Origin: Pseudomonadota bacterium | GTDB taxonomy: Bacteria; Myxococcota_A; Polyangia; JAAYKL01 | Direction of reading: 5' to 3' | Assembly (NCBI GenBank): GCA_023229365.1 | Contig: JALNZK010000017.1 | Coordinates: 1,393 to 65,392, forward strand | DNA: 64,000 nucleotides | Part shown: piece after piece, positions 9,499 to 17,987 of the stretch | Numbering within the stretch: the first letter of the stretch is position 1 | How the letters are laid out: each line of letters opens with the position of its first letter | The notes under the pieces: model-generated | The model's input: the letters and a program-made list of their open reading frames with translations, nothing else | Told to the model about the DNA's origin: nothing | The model's database searches: none | Position numbers and translations under genes: made by a program

Positions 9499-9671
9499 GC
9501 CGTCCTCCCTCGTCCGCCCGCCGGTATAGCATTTCGCTCGACCGCAGCAAGGGAGCCGCCCGCCGCCGCGGATCTCGGGAATCGAGTGCCGAGAAGTCTA
9601 TTGTGGTCTATGGTTGACCGTCTAATGGATGGCGTCGACAAAAGAGAGACGCCTTGCAGAGAGGAAATACC

Positions 9672-10544
9672 ATGAAGAATACGGCGCTTCGCTTGATCCT
9701 GTGCGGCCTCGTGGTCGTCTTCGCGACCGCCTCGTGCGACGACGGCGGCGGCGGCGGCGGCACGGATTCCGATACGGACACCGACACCGACACCGATTCC
9801 GACACCGACACTGATTCCGATACCGACACTGACACCGATACCGACACTGACACCGATACCGATACCGATACCGATACGGACACCGACACCGACACCGACA
9901 CCGATACGGACACGGACACGGACACGGACACCGACACCGACACCGACACCGATTCCGACGCCGACGGCGGCATGGACGGCGGCAGCGACACGGACACGGA
10001 CACCGACACCGACACCGACGCGGACGCGGACGGCGGCGTGGACGGCGGCAGCGACACGGACATCGATTGCGACGTTTCGGGCTGGACGGTCGATCAGTAC
10101 GAGGCGGCTCACGCGTACACGTTTCCGGCCGGCACCGTCATCCCGGCGGGCGGGGTGCTCGTCCTCGCACGCGACGCTGCCAAGGACGTCTTCGAGACGT
10201 TCTGGTCCGTCACGCTGGGAGAGAGCGTCGTGTACATCGACAGCGGAAACGCCGTGCCCCAGATCAACGGCCTCGAGTACTTCGAGCTGAGCGACGACGC
10301 GAGCGCCGTCGTCGACGGGCCGACCTTCGCCTTCACCACGACGGAGGGGCAGTGCTACCAGCGGATCGGGGCGACCGCGAGCTCGTCGGCGAGCTGGAGC
10401 GTCGTCGACGACTCCGCGGCGACCCCCGGGATCGTCTCCTACACCGGCGGCGGCATGCCGATCTTCATAAGTGAGTTCTCGGACGCGGTGGGCGCCGGCG
10501 CCTTCGTGGACGAGTTCGTCGAGCTGTACTGCGCGGGGATGTAG
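9672..10544 (+). CDS. lipoprotein with long (Thr-Asp)n linker and C-terminal lamin-tail-like (LTD) domain
   Basis: GAGAGGA Shine-Dalgarno then ATG. Lipobox ATASC. About 90 residues of TD/SD dipeptide repeats. C-terminus ...PIFISEFSD...FVELYCAG resembles LTD domains. Confidence 0.6.
   Translation: MKNTALRLILCGLVVVFATASCDDGGGGGGTDSDTDTDTDTDSDTDTDSDTDTDTDTDTDTDTDTDTDTDTDTDTDTDTDTDTDTDTDTDTDTDSDADGGMDGGSDTDTDTDTDTDADADGGVDGGSDTDIDCDVSGWTVDQYEAAHAYTFPAGTVIPAGGVLVLARDAAKDVFETFWSVTLGESVVYIDSGNAVPQINGLEYFELSDDASAVVDGPTFAFTTTEGQCYQRIGATASSSASWSVVDDSAATPGIVSYTGGGMPIFISEFSDAVGAGAFVDEFVELYCAGM
9764..10030 (+). repeat. hexanucleotide microsatellite (GACACS)n, about 40 units, encoding the TD-repeat linker
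   Basis: Direct reading of gacaccgacaccgat... units with minor variants (gattcc, gacacg). Confidence 0.85.
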
Positions 10545-10562
10545 CCGAACCTCGGCGAGGCC

Positions 10563-12203
10563 TCAGTCGCGCGCGACTGGCGCGCGGGGAACGGCGAACG
10601 GCGCCGGGGCGAGACGGGCCCGGATCATCCAGCGTGCGACGTCCTCGCGGGTGGGCTCCGCCCGCGGCGTCCCCTTGCCCGCCTCGACGCGGGTCACGAC
10701 GAAAGAGCGGTTGCGGATGTAGGTCGAGAGGCCGTCCTCTTCCTCCCGGACGAACGTGAGGTCGTACGGCTCGCCGTCGACGAAGACGTAGAACAGATCG
10801 CTCGAGATCGCCGTGAGCTCCGGCGTCACCTCGTACCCGTACCCCTCGAGGGTCGGCGCCTCGACGAGCAGCGCGTCGCCCTCGCGCGCGACGATGATGC
10901 TGCCGACGTTCCACGGATCGTCGTACTCGCCGACGTGATCGTCAAGCTCGGCCGGATCGACCGTGTACTCCCAGCCCTCGGACGGCGCCGGCAGGTCGGC
11001 GAGCGTGGTGACCGCGGTGTCGAGGGCGTGGGAGAAGTCGGTCCCGTACGCGCTCGAGCAGATCGCGACCGCGAAGTCCAGATCGGGGAACACGTAGAAG
11101 ATGTGGGTGAACGACATCGTGTTGCCGCCGTGCTCCCAGACCGGCGTCTCGTACCACTGCCCGTCGAGCGCGGTGTAGCCCGTCTCCACGAACTCGCCGT
11201 AGCCGTAGGACATCGTGCCCATCCCGTACAGCGTGTCGACCTGCGGCGCCGTGATCTCTGCCCGCAGAACGTCGGAGAGGACCGCCGGATCGCCGTCCAT
11301 GAGGAACCGCGCCCACGCCATCATCTGCGTCGGCGTGGTCCACGCGAGCCCCGCGGGGCGGCCCCAACCCGGATCGGGCATCTCCTCCATCGCGACCGGG
11401 CCCGGAAAACCGGTGGCGAGATCGTCGACGCCCAGCCCCCACGAGAGCGCGTAGTCGCCGTCCGCCACGACCTCGGCCTTGCGCAGGAACGTCCGCTGCA
11501 TGCCGACGGGCTGGAAGAGGTCCTGCACCATGATGTCGGGCCACGCGCGCGTGTCCAACGTCTCGGTGAGCAGCCCCGCGAAGACGAAGTTGGGGTTCGA
11601 GTAGTTCCAGAACGCGCCGGGCGGGTTCATGAGGAAGTAGGAGTTGTCGAACGTGCCGTACGTGTAGTCGGCGAGCTCGGCGTCGTCGGCCGGGCCGTCC
11701 CACGGGATCCAGTCGTAGAAGCCGCCCTGGTGGCTCAGCAGGTGGTGCACGGTGATCTGGTCGTCCCAGGTCCCATCGAGCGCGAACTCGAGAGCCGGCA
11801 GCGTGTCCTCGAGCGTGTCGTCGACGGCGACGAGCCCGCCCTCGACCTTCTGCAGGAGCGCGGCTGCGGTCATCTGCTTCGTCGTCGATCCGATCTGCAT
11901 GAGCGTGATCGGCGTGAGCGGCTCGACGCCGTCCGGATCCTTGGAGCCGAACGCGGCCGCGAACGTGACCACGCCGTCCTCCATCACCGCGGCCGAGACG
12001 CCGTACGCGTTGCTCTCGGCGAGGTCCTCCTGGAGCGCCTCCGCGAACGCGTCGAACCGCGGATCCCACCCTTCGGTGTCGGTGTCGGTGTCCGTGTCGG
12101 TGCCGCCGTCGTCCCCCGCGTCCGCACCGCCGCCACCCTCGTCGCCGCAGCCGGGCGCCGCGAGCGCGAGCGCCAGAATCACGATGATCGGTAGTCCCTT
12201 CAT
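10563..12203 (-). CDS. serine hydrolase of the beta-lactamase/PBP4 (class C-like) family, lipoprotein
   Basis: GGGAGGG Shine-Dalgarno and ATG at 12203. Lipobox LAAPGC. TD-repeat spacer. SxxK motif (IGSTTKQMT). Confidence 0.7.
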   Translation of the reverse strand: MKGLPIIVILALALAAPGCGDEGGGGADAGDDGGTDTDTDTDTEGWDPRFDAFAEALQEDLAESNAYGVSAAVMEDGVVTFAAAFGSKDPDGVEPLTPITLMQIGSTTKQMTAAALLQKVEGGLVAVDDTLEDTLPALEFALDGTWDDQITVHHLLSHQGGFYDWIPWDGPADDAELADYTYGTFDNSYFLMNPPGAFWNYSNPNFVFAGLLTETLDTRAWPDIMVQDLFQPVGMQRTFLRKAEVVADGDYALSWGLGVDDLATGFPGPVAMEEMPDPGWGRPAGLAWTTPTQMMAWARFLMDGDPAVLSDVLRAEITAPQVDTLYGMGTMSYGYGEFVETGYTALDGQWYETPVWEHGGNTMSFTHIFYVFPDLDFAVAICSSAYGTDFSHALDTAVTTLADLPAPSEGWEYTVDPAELDDHVGEYDDPWNVGSIIVAREGDALLVEAPTLEGYGYEVTPELTAISSDLFYVFVDGEPYDLTFVREEEDGLSTYIRNRSFVVTRVEAGKGTPRAEPTREDVARWMIRARLAPAPFAVPRAPVARD

Positions 12204-12298
12204 CTTCGCTTCCCTCCCCTCTCGGCTGCGAGCATACAACGCCGCGCGCCGGGAAATTCAACCGATTTCTCATTGGACACGCCGCCGGCCCCCGGCTC

Positions 12299-12994
12299 TC
12301 ACGCGATCATCCCGAGCCCCCAGATCGCGGCCTTCGAGACGATCTCCGCCGCGAGCAGCGCGACGACCGCCGCGGCCGCGAGCCGTCCCCCGCGCAGGCC
12401 GGACGCGTGGCGGAACGCGAACACCGTCGCCGCGATGAACCAGCCGGCGAAGACGATCGCCACTGCGACCATCGGGAGCATCGACAGAAGGTCGCCGAGC
12501 GCCGCGCCCGGATCCGTCATGGCGTTCCTCGACATCTCGGCGAGCGCGGCGGGCTCGGGGGTCAAGGGCGCGAGCAGGACGCCGGCGACGAGCGGCAGGA
12601 GCCGCACGAGGCCCGTGGCCGCCAGGAAGTCGGCCGGGCGGCTCGCCCGCGCGAACGGCAGCGCGACGAGCCACAGCACGATCGCGGAGAGCGGCCACGC
12701 GACCAGCTGATCCGTGATCGCGGCCGTCGCCGTCACCGTCCCCGACGCCGCGTGGATGTCCATGAAGCCGTCGAAGCGCATCCCGAGCGGGATCGACACG
12801 AGCCCCGCGACGACCGACGCGACGACGCCGACGACGAGCCCGCCCGCGACGCCGACCCGATCGAACGGATCGAAGAGGACGCGGAGCGACAACCGCGGCT
12901 TCTCGCGCATCGCGCCGAGGAGCGCGTCCGCCTCCGCCGTCGTGATCTTCCCCTGCTCGACCATGTCGAGCACCTTCCTCTTGGCGTCGCTCAT
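12299..12994 (-). CDS. Yip1-type multi-pass membrane protein with SHOCT-like N-terminal segment
   Basis: ATG overlaps the upstream stop as ATGA. N-terminus KVLDMVEQGKITTAEADALLGAM, then 5 hydrophobic helices. Confidence 0.5.
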   Translation of the reverse strand: MSDAKRKVLDMVEQGKITTAEADALLGAMREKPRLSLRVLFDPFDRVGVAGGLVVGVVASVVAGLVSIPLGMRFDGFMDIHAASGTVTATAAITDQLVAWPLSAIVLWLVALPFARASRPADFLAATGLVRLLPLVAGVLLAPLTPEPAALAEMSRNAMTDPGAALGDLLSMLPMVAVAIVFAGWFIAATVFAFRHASGLRGGRLAAAAVVALLAAEIVSKAAIWGLGMIA

Positions 12995-13356
12995 CGCCGG
13001 AGCTCCTTCAGCTTGGCCGCGCCCTCGGCGGCGGTCATCGTGCCGTTCGCGATCGCGTCGAGGATCTCGTGCTGCCCGAGCTCGGCGCCCCGGTGCGCCG
13101 CGTCGATCCGCGCGATCAGGTCGTTGAGCCGCGCGCGGATCGTCGGGTAGCTCTGCTCCTCGAGCTTCGCCATCTCCTTGAGGCTCCCGGAGGCGCGCAC
13201 GAAGCGCACGATGAAATCGAGGTCGGCGGGGTCGAGCCCGAGGAGCGGGGGCAGCTCGAACTGCCCGTCGAGGTGCAGGTCGCACGCCGGGCAGGTCAGG
13301 CGCGTCACGACCAGCGTCTCCTTGCACGCCGGGCACTGGGTCACGAGCTTGGACAT
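12991..13356 (-). CDS. DUF2089-type zinc-ribbon/HTH protein with SHOCT-like C-terminus
   Basis: CPAC...CPAC zinc ribbon. ...SYPTIRARLNDL helix-turn-helix-like segment. C-terminal ILDAIANGTMTAAEGAAKLKEL. Confidence 0.55.
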   Translation of the reverse strand: MSKLVTQCPACKETLVVTRLTCPACDLHLDGQFELPPLLGLDPADLDFIVRFVRASGSLKEMAKLEEQSYPTIRARLNDLIARIDAAHRGAELGQHEILDAIANGTMTAAEGAAKLKELRR

Positions 13357-13369
13357 GGGTTTCTCCTTT

Positions 13370-13450
13370 CTTCAGAAGAGCTTCTTATAAATGATACATA
13401 GAATACATAAAGTTTATTGTCAAATTTATAATATTTATTTTCTCATTAAG
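13370..13450. promoter_or_regulatory. AT-rich island (about 25% GC) in divergent intergenic region, containing TATAAT and TTGTCA hexamers and an ATACATA direct repeat
   Basis: Sequence ...cttataaatgatacatagaatacataaagtttattgtcaaatttataatatttattttctcatt... stands against roughly 70% GC background. Confidence 0.6.
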
Positions 13451-13526
13451 ATGGTTTCCATCCCTGCCCTCCCCGTCGGGACGGGGCCCGGCGACACGGG
13501 AACCCGAAACCGTGTAGGATGGACCG

Positions 13527-14837
13527 ATGACGTCGCGCACGACCGTCCTTGCTGTCCTTGCGGTCTTTTGGGTCCTTTTCCCGGCCTGTTCCAAGGACAC
13601 AAAGGACCGCAACGACATCAACGACTCGGGAACCGGCGACGCCGATACCGACTCCGACACGGACACCGACTCCGACACCGATTCCGACACCGACTCCGGA
13701 ACGCCGTCCGGCGAGATCGTCGTCGAGCAGATCCACTTCCCGGGCGCGACGATGGGGGAGGCGATCCTGATAGTCGGCCCGGACGGCACCTCGGTGCTCG
13801 TCGACGCGGCGAACGACAGCCTGTCGGCGAGCGTCTTCGAGGCGATCGAGCGCCGCCTGGGCGCGCGCGCCGTGGACTGGGTCGTGCTCACGCACTACCA
13901 CAACGATCACATCGGCGGGTTCGACAACCTGTTCGTCGCGTCCGCGGCCAACGGGTACGACCCGATCGTCGTGACGCGCGGCGTCGTCACGCGCGGCTTC
14001 GTCGACGTCGCCGAGGACACGATCGCGGTCGAGGACTTCCTCGAGCTCTGCGGCGCGCTCGCGGAAGGCGATTGGGCGGCGCTGCGCGTCGATCTGTGCT
14101 CCGCGGCGTCTTCGATGCCGTGCGGCGGCGGCGCGGCGGGAGCGCCGTGGCCCGCGGACGGCTGTCCGGGCCTGCTCCTCGGCGATCTCGACGACCCCGC
14201 CGACGACGGCGACGGGCTCCCGTCGTACCTCGCGCTCGGCGAGGGCGCCCGACTCCACATCTTCCAGGCGGACGCGCGCGTCGCGGCCGGGGGCGCGGTG
14301 ATCTCGGCCGAGGACGAGGGGCTCGCGATCGGCTGGGGCGCGACCGACCCCGAGAACGCGCGGAGCCTGGGCGGCGCGCTCAGATGGGGCGACTTCACCT
14401 GGACGTTCAACGGCGACACGCCGGCCGCGGCCCCGGCGATGGAGGAGTTCATCGCCGTGCTCGGCGGCGCGCTACCGGTCGGCGACGCGGACGTCGTGCA
14501 CCTCGGCCACCACGGGCTCCCGTCGGCCACCGGGCAGGCGTGGGTCGACTGGCTCCTCCCGGACGACGGCGCGGATCGCAACGCCGAGATAGGCTCCGCC
14601 GGGCTCTACTACCACTCGCCCGCGCAGGCGGTGCTCGATCGCGTCGGCGCGCGGGTAGGCGACGGGCGGATCTGGACCACGGCGCTCGGCATCCTGCCCG
14701 GCGATCACGAGAAGCTGATCGTCGCGGACGGCGCGGTCGTCGTCCGGGTCGTGGACGGCGGCGCGGGCTACGAGATGTCGGTCTGGTCGGGCGGCGCCGA
14801 GAGCGAGACCCGCGCTTTCGTCAGCACGGCTCCCTGA
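13527..14837 (+). CDS. MBL-fold metallo-hydrolase lipoprotein
   Basis: Lipobox LFPAC. DTDSDT spacer. HxHxDH motif (LTHYHNDHIGG). Confidence 0.7.
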   Translation: MTSRTTVLAVLAVFWVLFPACSKDTKDRNDINDSGTGDADTDSDTDTDSDTDSDTDSGTPSGEIVVEQIHFPGATMGEAILIVGPDGTSVLVDAANDSLSASVFEAIERRLGARAVDWVVLTHYHNDHIGGFDNLFVASAANGYDPIVVTRGVVTRGFVDVAEDTIAVEDFLELCGALAEGDWAALRVDLCSAASSMPCGGGAAGAPWPADGCPGLLLGDLDDPADDGDGLPSYLALGEGARLHIFQADARVAAGGAVISAEDEGLAIGWGATDPENARSLGGALRWGDFTWTFNGDTPAAAPAMEEFIAVLGGALPVGDADVVHLGHHGLPSATGQAWVDWLLPDDGADRNAEIGSAGLYYHSPAQAVLDRVGARVGDGRIWTTALGILPGDHEKLIVADGAVVVRVVDGGAGYEMSVWSGGAESETRAFVSTAP

Positions 14838-14861
14838 GCCTCGGGGCCCGCAGCCGCAGGC

Positions 14862-15014
14862 CTACTTCTTGGCGTCGTGGGCGGCGTCCTTGACCGCGTT
14901 CTTCGCGTCGTGGGCGGCGTCCTTGGCCGCGTTCTTCGCGTCGTGGGCGGCGTCCTTGACCGCGTTCTTCGCATCGTGGGCGGCGTCCTTGATCTTCTGC
15001 TCGGTGCTCGACAT
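14862..15014 (-). CDS. small hydrophilic repeat protein (4 x KDAAHDAKNAV), 50 aa
   Basis: GGGAGG Shine-Dalgarno 5 nt before the ATG. GC3 is about 97% on this strand. Encoded by a 30-bp x4 tandem array. Confidence 0.45.
   Translation of the reverse strand: MSSTEQKIKDAAHDAKNAVKDAAHDAKNAAKDAAHDAKNAVKDAAHDAKK
14872..14991 (-). repeat. near-perfect 30-bp tandem array (4 copies) inside the small ORF
   Basis: gcgtcgtgggcggcgtccttgaccgcgttcttc repeated with 1-2 mismatches per copy. Confidence 0.8.
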
Positions 15015-15251
15015 GTGTTCCTCCCATGGATCGGGTTGTGGGGACCGTCTGCGGGATGTCCGGAGCATCTTCCGTGCCACCAGATGGAACGAGTCATTTC
15101 GGCAGCTTGCACCGCCGCGGGTCCGGCGCGATCGCGCGATCAATCAATCCGAGGCACCACCCGCCCCAAATTGAAGGAACAGGCCCCCTTGTCCTCGCGA
15201 GGAGAAGGCCTTACAGATCCAGCATCCGAAAGACGGATCTCCGAGGGGGGA

Positions 15252-16163
15252 ATGAAACGAATGGATCGTCTCCGCCCGTTGGAAAACGGGCTCAAGCACC
15301 TGCTCCGGTTCGTCGGCCGCGTGATCGCGGCGTTCCTTAGGAACCGCGGCATCCTGTTGGCCGGCGGCGTGGGCTACAACGCCCTTCTGTCCTTGGTCCC
15401 GTTTCTCACCCTCTCCCTCGCGACGCTCTCTCTCTTCTTCGAAGAGGCCAGAATCCTGGGCATCCTGCGCGGAGAGCTCCGTTCGCTCGTGCCGCAGTAT
15501 ACCGACACGCTCGTTCAGACCGCTGCGACCTTTCTCCAGAACAAGGTCGCCACCAGCGCGGTGAGCATCATCGTGCTGCTCTTCTTCAGCTCGATCGCCT
15601 TCCGCATGCTCGAGGAGGCGGTGGCCGCGATCTTCCTCACCACCCACAAAGGCCCCCATCGCAGGTTCTGGATCTCGGCGCTCCTGCCCTACCTGTTCAT
15701 GCTGATGCTGATGATCGCGCTGTTCTTCATGACCCTGCTCACATCCGGTCTCGACGCGCTGGGGGATCACTCGCTCCTCGTGTTCGGCGCCGTGATCGCG
15801 CCGGCGGACGGCGTCAAGCTGGTCCTGCACGTCGGCGGCTTTCTAGGCCTGGTCCTCGCCTTCGCCGGGATCTACCGCGTCCTTCCGGTGCGGAGGATCT
15901 CGATGCGCCGCGCCCTCGTCGGCGGGCTCTGCGCGGCGATCCTCTGGCGCCTGGTGGGGGTCCTCCTCGTCTACTACTTCACCAACATCTCCATGGTGAA
16001 CCTGATCTACGGCTCCTTGGCCACTGTCGTCGTGATGCTGCTCTTCCTGGAGATCACCTTCATCATCCTGCTGCTGGGCGCGCAGGTGATAGCCGAGCTC
16101 GAGGCGAGCGCGGCCGCCGGCGTACCCTGGCACCAAAAGCCTTCCTCGAAAGAGCCTGCGTGA
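15252..16163 (+). CDS. YihY/BrkB (virulence factor BrkB / RNase BN-like) family membrane protein
   Basis: N-terminus FLRNRGILLAGGVGYNALLSLVPFL is typical of the YihY family. Six TM helices. GAGGGGGG Shine-Dalgarno. Confidence 0.75.
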   Translation: MKRMDRLRPLENGLKHLLRFVGRVIAAFLRNRGILLAGGVGYNALLSLVPFLTLSLATLSLFFEEARILGILRGELRSLVPQYTDTLVQTAATFLQNKVATSAVSIIVLLFFSSIAFRMLEEAVAAIFLTTHKGPHRRFWISALLPYLFMLMLMIALFFMTLLTSGLDALGDHSLLVFGAVIAPADGVKLVLHVGGFLGLVLAFAGIYRVLPVRRISMRRALVGGLCAAILWRLVGVLLVYYFTNISMVNLIYGSLATVVVMLLFLEITFIILLLGAQVIAELEASAAAGVPWHQKPSSKEPA

Positions 16164-16196
16164 CAAGGGAGATGGGCGATTGCGAGAGGGGCGAGG

Positions 16197-17837
16197 CTAC
16201 TGGCCGCAGGAGCCGCCGCCTTGAGGAGGCTGCGGGGCGCCGCCGCCGCCTTGGCCGCCGGCCTGGCCCATCTCGGCCTGGAGGTCCTGCATCGACTTGA
16301 GCTTCACCGAGCAGCCCGCGAGCCCCTCGTTCTTCGAGCAGTAGCCGCTCTGGACGTCGGCCGGCATGATGCCGCTGAACGTCGTCTTGCCGTTCGCGAC
16401 CCAGGTCGGGCTCGCCGCGATGTCGAGCGCCTTCGCGACCTTGATGTCCTCCTTGAGGAGGTTCTTGCCCTCGTCGGAGGTCGCGCACTTCTCGATCGCG
16501 GCGGCGTTGATGCCGTTGACCGCGCAGCTCTTCCAGTCGTCGGTCGGCGTGCCCTTGCCGCGGCACCACAGGTAGTCGAGGTACTTGTTGTTCTTGCCGT
16601 ACAGCTTGGCCGCGCACAACCCGCGGATGTCCTCCTCGACCTCGCCCGGACCGTGCATGGACTGCACCTCGCCGTTCACCTCCTCGCCGATGTAGTGGAT
16701 GGTGAAGGCGACGTCCTTGCCGAAAGCCTTCACGACGTCCTCCATGGAGCTGACCGCCATGACGCCGTACGGGCACTGGCTCATGATGAACACCTCGAGC
16801 GTCTTCGGGGTCTCGGCGCGGCACGCCATCTTGCCCAGGCAGGTCACGTCGTCGCAGTCGATCTTGCCGTCGCCGGTGTCGTCCGTCTTGTTGTCGCAGA
16901 TCTCGGCAGTGGGGTCGAACTCGGGCTTCACCCGGAGCACCTTGTACTTGCCCTTGGCCTCGAGCCACCGCGCCATCTGCTCGGCGCCGTCGGGATCCTT
17001 GTCGAGCGTCTCGTTGAACACGACGATCGGCAGCATCGTCATGCCGACCTCCTTCGCGATCGCCTCGGCCTCGGGATCCGCGCCCCAGTTGTAGACCTTC
17101 GACTTCAGCCCCGGGAAGACCTCCTTGAGGCTCGTGAACACCATGTTCGGATCGCACTTCTCGCCGCAGCGCGGGTCGGTGACCGCGATCACCTCGACCT
17201 CGGCCGGCGGCGGCAGCTTTGCGCACGCCGGCACCTTCTCGCCGTGCTTGTCGCAGACGAAGCGCGTGATGTCCCGCACGAGGCGGCCGCCCTTGTAGTC
17301 CTCGCCGTCGGCCTTGATGGTCGGGCTGCCCTGGGCGCCGGCCTTCTCGGACTTCGCGAAGCTCGCCTTGAGCAGCTGCTTCCCCTTGTCGCCGTCCGCG
17401 CAGGTCTTGAGCGCCGCGACGTCGAGCCCGGCCTTGGTCGCGCACTTCTCCCAGCCCTCCGGGATGTTCTTCCAGTCCTCGTTCATGCACGCGGTGAACT
17501 CGAGCTGCTTCTCGGGCTTCTGATCGCCGGCGCACAGCTGGAGCGTGTCGCCCTGGACCTCGGTCTCGCCGTGCATCGACTCGAGCTTGCCGTCCTTCTC
17601 CTGGCCGATGTACGCGATGTCGACCGTGACCGCGCCCTCCAGCTTCTCGACGACCTCCGCGAACACGTCCAGGGCCTGCACGCCGTACGGGCACTTCGAC
17701 ATGACGAAGAGCTCGAACTTGGCGACCGGCTCGACCTTCGGCTTGGCCGCCTCCTTGGGCGCCTCCTTGCCGCACGCCGTGAGCGCGAGCGCGAGCAACG
17801 CCGCCGCCGCAACCGTTTTAATGATTTTCGAATACAT
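16197..17837 (-). CDS. lipoprotein with two tandem thioredoxin-fold GILT/DsbA-like domains (C-P-Y-G variant motif)
   Basis: GAGGAG Shine-Dalgarno and ATG at 17837. Lipobox LTAC. Internal duplication (FVMSKCPYGV...SMHGETEV... and FIMSQCPYGV...SMHGPGEV...). Confidence 0.5.
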   Translation of the reverse strand: MYSKIIKTVAAAALLALALTACGKEAPKEAAKPKVEPVAKFELFVMSKCPYGVQALDVFAEVVEKLEGAVTVDIAYIGQEKDGKLESMHGETEVQGDTLQLCAGDQKPEKQLEFTACMNEDWKNIPEGWEKCATKAGLDVAALKTCADGDKGKQLLKASFAKSEKAGAQGSPTIKADGEDYKGGRLVRDITRFVCDKHGEKVPACAKLPPPAEVEVIAVTDPRCGEKCDPNMVFTSLKEVFPGLKSKVYNWGADPEAEAIAKEVGMTMLPIVVFNETLDKDPDGAEQMARWLEAKGKYKVLRVKPEFDPTAEICDNKTDDTGDGKIDCDDVTCLGKMACRAETPKTLEVFIMSQCPYGVMAVSSMEDVVKAFGKDVAFTIHYIGEEVNGEVQSMHGPGEVEEDIRGLCAAKLYGKNNKYLDYLWCRGKGTPTDDWKSCAVNGINAAAIEKCATSDEGKNLLKEDIKVAKALDIAASPTWVANGKTTFSGIMPADVQSGYCSKNEGLAGCSVKLKSMQDLQAEMGQAGGQGGGGAPQPPQGGGSCGQ

Positions 17838-17987
17838 TACGTTTCTCCTCGTTGGGTTCGAACGCCGATTCTTACGACTTTTTCCGATGAGGGAACAGCG
17901 GATTCGGACCAGGCACCCCGAGGAAGCCACAACCAAGGTGGCCAATGCCTATGCATTCGGTTGAGAATCGGCACGGCCGGGAGTGGA

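Noticed and set aside
9764-10030. Possible CRISPR array
   Set aside because: Units are 6 bp with no unique spacers. This is a coding microsatellite, not CRISPR. The same applies to the 30-bp (14872..14991) and 42-bp (43697..43906) arrays.
9608-10112. Minus-strand ORFs translating to (VS)n / (GV)n across the TD-repeat region
   Set aside because: Mirror frames of the hexanucleotide repeat. The plus-strand gene has a Shine-Dalgarno site, a lipobox and a structured C-terminal domain.
13391-14893. 500-aa ORF starting inside the AT-rich island
   Set aside because: Out of frame with the MBL gene, which has the HxHxDH motif, a lipobox and high GC3. The translation is Arg/Gly-rich.
15060-15085. Sigma-54-like element (CGGCAG...TTGCA)
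   Set aside because: The GG-to-GC spacing is about 6 nt instead of 10, so it does not fit the -24/-12 geometry.
14869-15174. Plus-strand ORF MASWAASLTAFFASW... across the 30-bp array
   Set aside because: Mirror of the minus-strand KDAAHDAKNA repeat gene. The minus strand has a GGGAGG Shine-Dalgarno, a clean start and stop, and GC3 of about 97%.
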